Source: Octopus vulgaris (lineage: Eukaryota). From it: 64,000 nt of DNA. Made by a program: the position numbers and the translations under genes. The stretch covers positions 72,292,001 to 72,356,000 of the forward strand of contig OX597828.1 in assembly GCA_951406725.2 (NCBI GenBank), written 5' to 3'. Position 1 is the first letter of the stretch. Each line of letters starts with the position of its first letter. The notes beneath the pieces are model-generated. The model did not search any database. It had not been told where the DNA came from and saw only the letters and a list, made by a program, of their open reading frames with translations. Below, one piece after another: positions 57,648 through 64,000 of the stretch.

Positions 57648-59400
57648 TGAGCTGTATACTGAGAGTTGGATATGAAATGCGGAAGAGGAATTGAACTGTT
57701 GGCTGGTTGGGTCACCGGAAGACCTCCGACAATCTTCCACGTTCCTGGCTCTCGGAGTGTCTGAGGAGGTTTGGAGTCAAGGAGAGGATAAAGAGTTTTT
57801 TGGAAAAAATCAATAAGAGAAAGAGAAGTAGAACTAACATGAGCAAATGAATCGCGAGGAAATGCGAATGTAGTCAGGGGAAGATTTCAAGGAAACTTGC
57901 CCTTGTCCTTACTCTTCGTCATTGCATTAATCCCCTTGAAAACTGTACTGAGAAAATCTAGGCCTGCTTTTATATGGATGACTTCAAACTAAATACAAAA
58001 AGTGAAAAAGACCTGGATTCCCTAATCCAGACAGTAAGAGTATTCAAAAAGGAGATTGGAATGGTGTTTGCGGTTAATAAATGTCTAGTGTTAATTATGA
58101 AGAAAGGACAGAAGACAAACGTTGATGATGCAAAATTACCACAAGACCGCCATGGAGCAATGAGGAATATGGATACCTAAGAGTGCTGCAAGGTGATAGG
58201 AATAATGGAATAAGAAATGGAAGAGAAAATATACCCAACATGCAAGATAAGAACTAAGGAGGTCCTCGAAACAAGAGTAAATGGATGAAATATCATTAAA
58301 GCAATAAGTAGATGGGCTATGCTAGTATTGAGATGCTCTGTTACTTTTCTAAAATGGACCAAGGTCGAAGTATGGAACTTAGAAGAACTGGGAATCTGCT
58401 CCAAATGCACAACTCACACGACTCTGAAATTAATAGCAAACAAGTAAGAAATGAAGCAGGATTACTAAACGTAAAAGACATCGTTAGTTCTGCGATATTG
58501 GAAGTTGAAATATGTTGTGCAGTGTGAAGAAAGAATACAATCGGCGCTTAAAGATGCCCATAAAGTTATTGAAACAATAGAGTTCATGAAGAGAAGGAAG
58601 AACAGGAGTGCAAGCAGATGGAAAGAAATAGAATTACATGGTCAAATGGTGGAAGTAAAGAATACTGGTTCTGGGTGACGAATGGAGACTTGAAACGATA
58701 GACAGAAATGCTAATTATAGCCGCTCAGTAACCAGCCATTAGAGCAAATCTGATGAAGGCAAAGATAAAAAAAACTCTGTCAGAAAAGATGAAGATATCC
58801 ATCATCGTTTTAGTGAATGCTGTTAGCTAGCACGGAAAGAGTATAAGCGCAGTCATGACTGCAGATGAAAGAGTGCATCGGGATGTTAGTCGAGTGTGTA
58901 GCTTCGAAATAACAGGAGAGTGGTATGAGCACGAACGAAAGGCTGTGATAGAAAATAAGAATTACTAGATTTTATGGAACTTCCCCAAAAAAACTGACTG
59001 TATTGTTGAAGCAAGAAGACCAGATCCGATTATGGAGGGCGAAATAACCAAATAGTGTAGGATCGTAGATTTTGCTTTTCGTTATAACAGTCGATGCCAA
59101 ATAAATAGAAAAAAAAAATGAGAAGTATCAGGATATAACCAGAAAAGTGAAGAGAGGAAGACTAAAACAAAAATAATTCCTGTAGGAAATGGTGCGCTTG
59201 GCACAACACCCAAAATGGTACCCAAAAGATTGAAAGAGATTGGAATTAAAACCCGCATTGGCGACCTGCAGAAAAGTAGCATCATATATTCTACAAGACT
59301 CCTTAGAAAGATCCTTGAAATTTGAGGAGACTTGTTGTCACCAAACCTCAAGATAACATTCGTGTTCGTTGAATTGGCATTTAATAGCTTTATAGTAAAA
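57648..59400 (+). mobile_element. Old, degraded R4/Dong-like LINE with RT and RLE remnants
   Basis: Fragmentary FQG..LSLLFVIALIPL, YMDDFKL..KSEKDLDSLIQTVRVF, ELHGQ, WYEH, RRPD and IIPVGNGALGTTP. Many stops and frameshifts. Confidence 0.85.
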
Positions 59401-59505
59401 ATAAAAACAAGAATAATAAGAAGAGGAAGAAGAAAATGAAGAAAGAGAAGGAGAAAAAGGAGAAGAGTTTTTGCTTTTGATGATCGGAAGAAAATTAATA
59501 GTCAC

Positions 59506-59583
59506 CTCTTCAAAATTGCTGTTGATTGCTGTGTCTAGAATACACTGGCAGTGAGTCTTGTACATCATAATGAACGTTTCCAC
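59506..59583 (-). CDS. RFX6: RFX6 internal exon (first in window): [26 protein letters not shown]
   Basis: ctttcag acceptor, gtgac donor, 78 nt, phase 0-0. Near-identical to vertebrate RFX6 [26 protein letters not shown] (recalled). Upstream DBD exons not found in the window. Confidence 0.95.
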
Positions 59584-59629
59584 CTGAAAGGTAATAAAGA
59601 AATCAGCAAATAAATAAATAAATAGATAG

Positions 59630-59681
<52 letters not shown>

Positions 59682-59695
59682 TGATGATGATGATG

Positions 59696-59726
<31 letters not shown>

Positions 59727-59734
59727 TAATAATG

Positions 59735-59796
<62 letters not shown>

Positions 59797-59797
<1 letters not shown>

Positions 59798-61110
59798 TGT
59801 TGAACTGGAATATGAGTGAAGTAAAGAATATAGACAGGAAAATACGCAATCTGCTGAGTTGTAATAGGATGCACCACCCAAAGGCAGACGTAGATCGCCT
59901 TTACATTCCCAGAGCCCAAGGAGGTCGAGGCCTGATCCAATTTGAACTAGCTTACAAAACAACCTTAATTGGACTGGCCAAATATCTTGAAATAACGAAT
60001 GACTGGATGCTAAAGCTCGTGGAAAATCACGAGAGACGAAAGAAGCTTCATTCTATTATAAAGGAAAGCAAAAAATTTGCTATTGATCTCGTGCAGGATA
60101 CCCAAACTGAACATCCCGAGGGAAGTACGGCAACTATTGTTGCAAAGAAGGTGAAAAAAATGGCAACGAAAAAAGCGCACGAGCAATTGGCTGATAGGTG
60201 GGAGGAGAAACCTCTGCACGGCAAATATGTGACCCGCAGCAAACAAGCTGATGTTGACCAGAAGCAAACCCATCAGTGGCTACGGAGCTCAGGGCTAAAA
60301 GCAGAGAGCGAAGGTTTCATCCTGGCTGCTCAAGATCAAAGCCTATTAACCCGGAACTACCAGGCCAATGTAATGAAAATGGAGCAGACCCAAAATGCCG
60401 ATTCTGCAATGACATGATTGAAACAGTGGACCACCTAATCTCTGGATGTAAAGTCTTAGCACCAGTGGAGTATAAATTAAGACATGACAGAGTTGGCCAA
60501 TATCTACACTGGCTAATAAGTCGGCATTACAATATCAAAACTGCCGGCAAGTGGTATAATCACCACCCTGAAGCTGTAACTGAAGGAGAAAGTGTAACGA
60601 TTCTGTGGGACTTTCCAGTACATACAAACCGAACCATCAAAGCCAATAAACCAGATATTGTTGTGAAAGACAAAAACAATAAAGTTTGCTTATTGATTGA
60701 CATGAGCATCCCCTGTGATCATAATATCTCGGCGAAAGAGTTTGACAAGCTCAGAAAATATAAAGACCTGCTCATTGAAATTGAGAAAATGTGGCATCTC
60801 AAGGCGGTTAAATACCAGTGATCGTAGGAGCACTAGGAATGATCAAGAAGGGAACCGAAAATTATATGAGAATGATCCCTGGCTTACCATCCCTGCAAGA
60901 AGTGCAAAAGATTGTCTTAACTGGTACATCACATGTATTGAGAGGAGCATTGTCGCTGTGAGAACTATTACTACCCATGTATTTTAATTTAACTTAAAAA
61001 AAAATGAACGAACTATTGAGTTTAGTTTAATGGCCTACCAATGTATACTATGATTTTCTTTGCCCTAGGAGTCGGGAAGACACTCGGCAAGAAATGGAAG
61101 CAAATTTGAA
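59797..61110 (+). mobile_element. 5'-truncated RLE-type non-LTR retrotransposon (R4/Dong-like) inserted in (TAA)n
   Basis: ORF pieces: [35 protein letters not shown] knuckle CRFC..ETVDHLISGC..RHD, and RLE motif KPDIV..IDMSIP..K..KY. Frameshifts near 60378 and 60812, stop near 60961. TAA repeats on both sides. Confidence 0.92.
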
Positions 61111-61406
61111 AGAAGAAGAAGAAAAAAATAATAATAGTAATAATAATAATAATAGTAATAATAATAATAATAGTAATAATAATAATAATAACGGTTTCAA
61201 AATAATGGTTCAAGTTAAGTAGCTTTAGGAGAAAAGACACCAGTGCTTGATTGATACTTTATTTTATCGATCCTGAAAGGATGATAGGCAAAGTCAACTT
61301 CAGCGGGATTTGAACTCTGAAAGTGAAGAACCAGAATAAATACCGCATATCATTTTTTTATGGATACTGTAACAATTCTGCCAACTCCACCGTTCTAACA
61401 GAACTG

Positions 61407-61458
61407 GGCCTCACCCGAGATTCGAACCTGGACTGCTAGTATCCAAAGCGAGAATCAA
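61407..61458 (-). pseudogene. Partial tRNA-Pro(TGG)-like fragment
   Basis: Minus strand TGATTCTCGCTTTGGATACTAGCAGTCCAGGTTCGAATCTCGGGTGAGGCCC resembles the 3' two-thirds of tRNA-Pro. The 5' part is absent and the stems are broken. Confidence 0.4.
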
Positions 61459-62522
61459 GACGCCATAGTAACAACAATAACAAAAGCAGTAGTAGTAGCA
61501 GCAGCAGCAACAACAATTTAATGAGCTGTGTACTGATAGAAGGTTATTAAATGAGGAAGAGAAATTTAGCTGTTGGCTGGTTAGATTAGAGGAAGGCCTA
61601 CGACCAATCTTGCACACTCCTGGCGGCACATATCAACAACAACGACGACAACTGCAGCAGTAGTGGAGGCGCAATGACCCAGTGGTTAGGGCAGCGGACT
61701 CGCGGTCGTAAGAACGCGGTTTCGATTCCCAGACCGAGCATTGTGAGAGTTTATTGAGAAAAACACCTGAGCTCCACGAGACTCCGGCGTGGCAGGGCTG
61801 GGTGAATCCCGCTGTACTCTTTTACTACAACTTTCTCTCGCTCTTTCTTCCTACTTCTGCCGCAAAGTAGAGGAGCCATGGTGTAACCCACTATGGTGTG
61901 GCAAACTTTCAGACCCTAGTCTAGATTGCGAATCCTCTGTACCCCAGGATGGTTCAGCTCTCCACCCGTTAAAAAGCCACCGTTTACGGAATGAGGATAA
62001 CAACGTAGCTTTCGCGCCCGTGCAACTGCCAGTCTATCGCGTATGGTGGGTGGATCTTCAAGTAACTTAGAGTAGGCTCGAATTAGAGATTATTTTTTGT
62101 GGCTAATGGCGCGAGTCCTGAATTGGAAGAAGAAGAACAGCAGCAGCAACAATAATTTTTATTGTCCGCAAGGGCGAAAGCCGTTTAGGTAAATAGAACG
62201 AAGTAAACACCATCGATGGATTAAAAAGGAACCAACAAAAATAATGATCATGAGAATACTAAAAAAAAATATTCCGAGTATAGGAGAAAACCACCAAGCG
62301 TATTTCGAGGAAAGCCCCCCACCCCACAAAGGTCCAGATTGTTCCGCAATATCCCAGGTATTTATGATGCTGATGAACTACAGGGCGAAGGAATGAAAGA
62401 AAAAAATGGTAAAGAGAGTAGAGCAGAAGAGTAAAGGAGAAGAGTGAAGCAAAAGATTCAGAAAAGGGGGAAAAAAAAGGAAAAAGGAAAAAAAAACATT
62501 GAATACAGTGCTAACAATTATA

Positions 62523-62748
62523 TATTTCTTTACTACCCACAAGGGGCTAAACACAGAGAGGACAAACAAACGGATTAAATCGATTATATCGACCCCAGTG
62601 CGTAACTGGTACTTATTTAATAGACCCCGAAAGGATAAAAGGTAAAGTCGACCTCGGCGGAATTTGAACTCACAACGTAGCGGCAGACGAAATACGGCTA
62701 CGCATTTCGCCCGGCGTGCTAACGTCTCTGCCAGCTCGCCGCCTATAG
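62523..62748 (-). mobile_element. SINE family A, young full-length copy with 13-bp TSD
   Basis: TSD GCTAACAATTATA at 62510-62522 and 62749-62761. CpGs are intact. Confidence 0.9.
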
Positions 62749-63256
62749 GCTAACAATTATAGGCACAGGTATGGCTGTGTGGTAAGTAGCTTGATTACCA
62801 ACCACATGGTCCCGGGTTCAGTCCCACTGCGGATCAAATGGGTCAACATTTTGTCCGGCACGGTTCTGCCAGCTCACCGTCTCAACAGCAGCCATCGTCT
62901 ACTAAAATATCTCAGCTCCCACAATACACCAGAAGAAACCACAAATAAACAGTATAACATAACCAACACAGTCTGTACTTTGCACAGCCATCACCTTCAC
63001 CGAAACCGTTTCACACCAAGAAGCAATGTATAGTGTAACATAAACAGGCTATACTTTAGACGATTACTTCCCAATGAAATGACACAAGCACACACTCGTA
63101 CTTAATCGATATGTGACAATATTAAATTAACACCAATAACTCACACAACTCACAACTAGACAGCTATCAGACACGATAATATATAACACAATTCACACAG
63201 CGCACAGTTTACACAATCACCGCCTAGCATTAAATTGAAAACCTGATAATAATAGT

Positions 63257-63319
<63 letters not shown>

Positions 63320-64000
63320 AATAAAAATGATTACCATTTATTGGGCACAAGGATTTTACACATAAAATAGTATACGTTTTATGTCTATTGAAGTATACAT
63401 CTAAAATTAATGGGGAGGTGGAGGGAAATATGAGACAACAGATGAACAGTACATGGTATAATATTTATATATATATATGTGTGTATAAAGAGGAAAACAA
63501 CTAGTTTTAAATCTCTGAGCGAGAAATAAGTAGTAACACTACTACAGAGTAAAATCTATTTGCCAATGTAAAGTGGCAGTCCTGGTTAGGACGATGTTAC
63601 TACCTTTTCTTGAGACCCAGGTAAACATATTTTCCATCTGGCTACCGATGCACAGCTGCGTCCTTATACCTCGAACAAGGGAGCTAAACGGTACCTGTGG
63701 ACCATTGTTTCTGGGTTATTTCTCTTCATCGACACAGCGTAACTGTTGGCTCGAGATGGCAGCACTAGGCCTTGCTCGAGGTATATACTTTTAAAGTGGC
63801 ACACAGTTACTGATCTCGTAAAGAGGAAAACATTTAGTTTTAAATCCCTGAGCGAGAAGTAGTAACAGTGCTACAGAGTAAAATCTATTTGCCAACTTAA
63901 AGTGGTAGTCCTGGTAAGAGTGAGTGGAGACATAGGCTCCTTTGTTCGGGGTATAAGGACGCAGTTGTGCGTCGGTAGCCAGATAGAAAAGATGTTTTCC

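Noticed and set aside
59797-60987. Longest non-repetitive ORFs as a host gene
   Set aside because: They belong to a retrotransposon ORF that is 5'-truncated (no RT core) and frameshifted.
62270-62377. Strong minus-strand acceptor upstream of the first RFX6 exon in the window
   Set aside because: No frame resembles the expected LLPEFP-containing exon.

Overview
AT-rich, microsatellite-dense eukaryotic DNA. The SINE repertoire looks like an octopod cephalopod (Octopus-like); this is an inference from memory, not a database result. The one well-supported gene is an RFX6 (RFX4/6/8 group) transcription factor on the minus strand. Thirteen GT-AG exons, from 59583 down to a TAA stop at 10145, splice in phase into 2019 nt (672 aa plus stop). 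They cover the B/C/dimerisation domains and the conserved C-terminal motifs CFLANR, TPPxSP, DPLNILD and LPPINSVF. The DNA-binding-domain exons must lie beyond 64000. The introns are full of tRNA-derived SINEs, R4/Dong-like, Tx1-like, RTE and CR1-like LINE remnants, and MITEs. The most unusual signal is a set of short non-coding inserts, mostly within or beside microsatellites and several of them fold-back palindromes, that carry minimal type-I hammerhead ribozyme cores of the Penelope-like pLTR type. Other notable features are (TAA)n-targeted insertions, a perfect RFX X-box downstream of the gene, SINE head/tail shuffling, and a CpG-decay boundary near 11-12 kb. Almost all ORFs in the supplied track are microsatellite artefacts.
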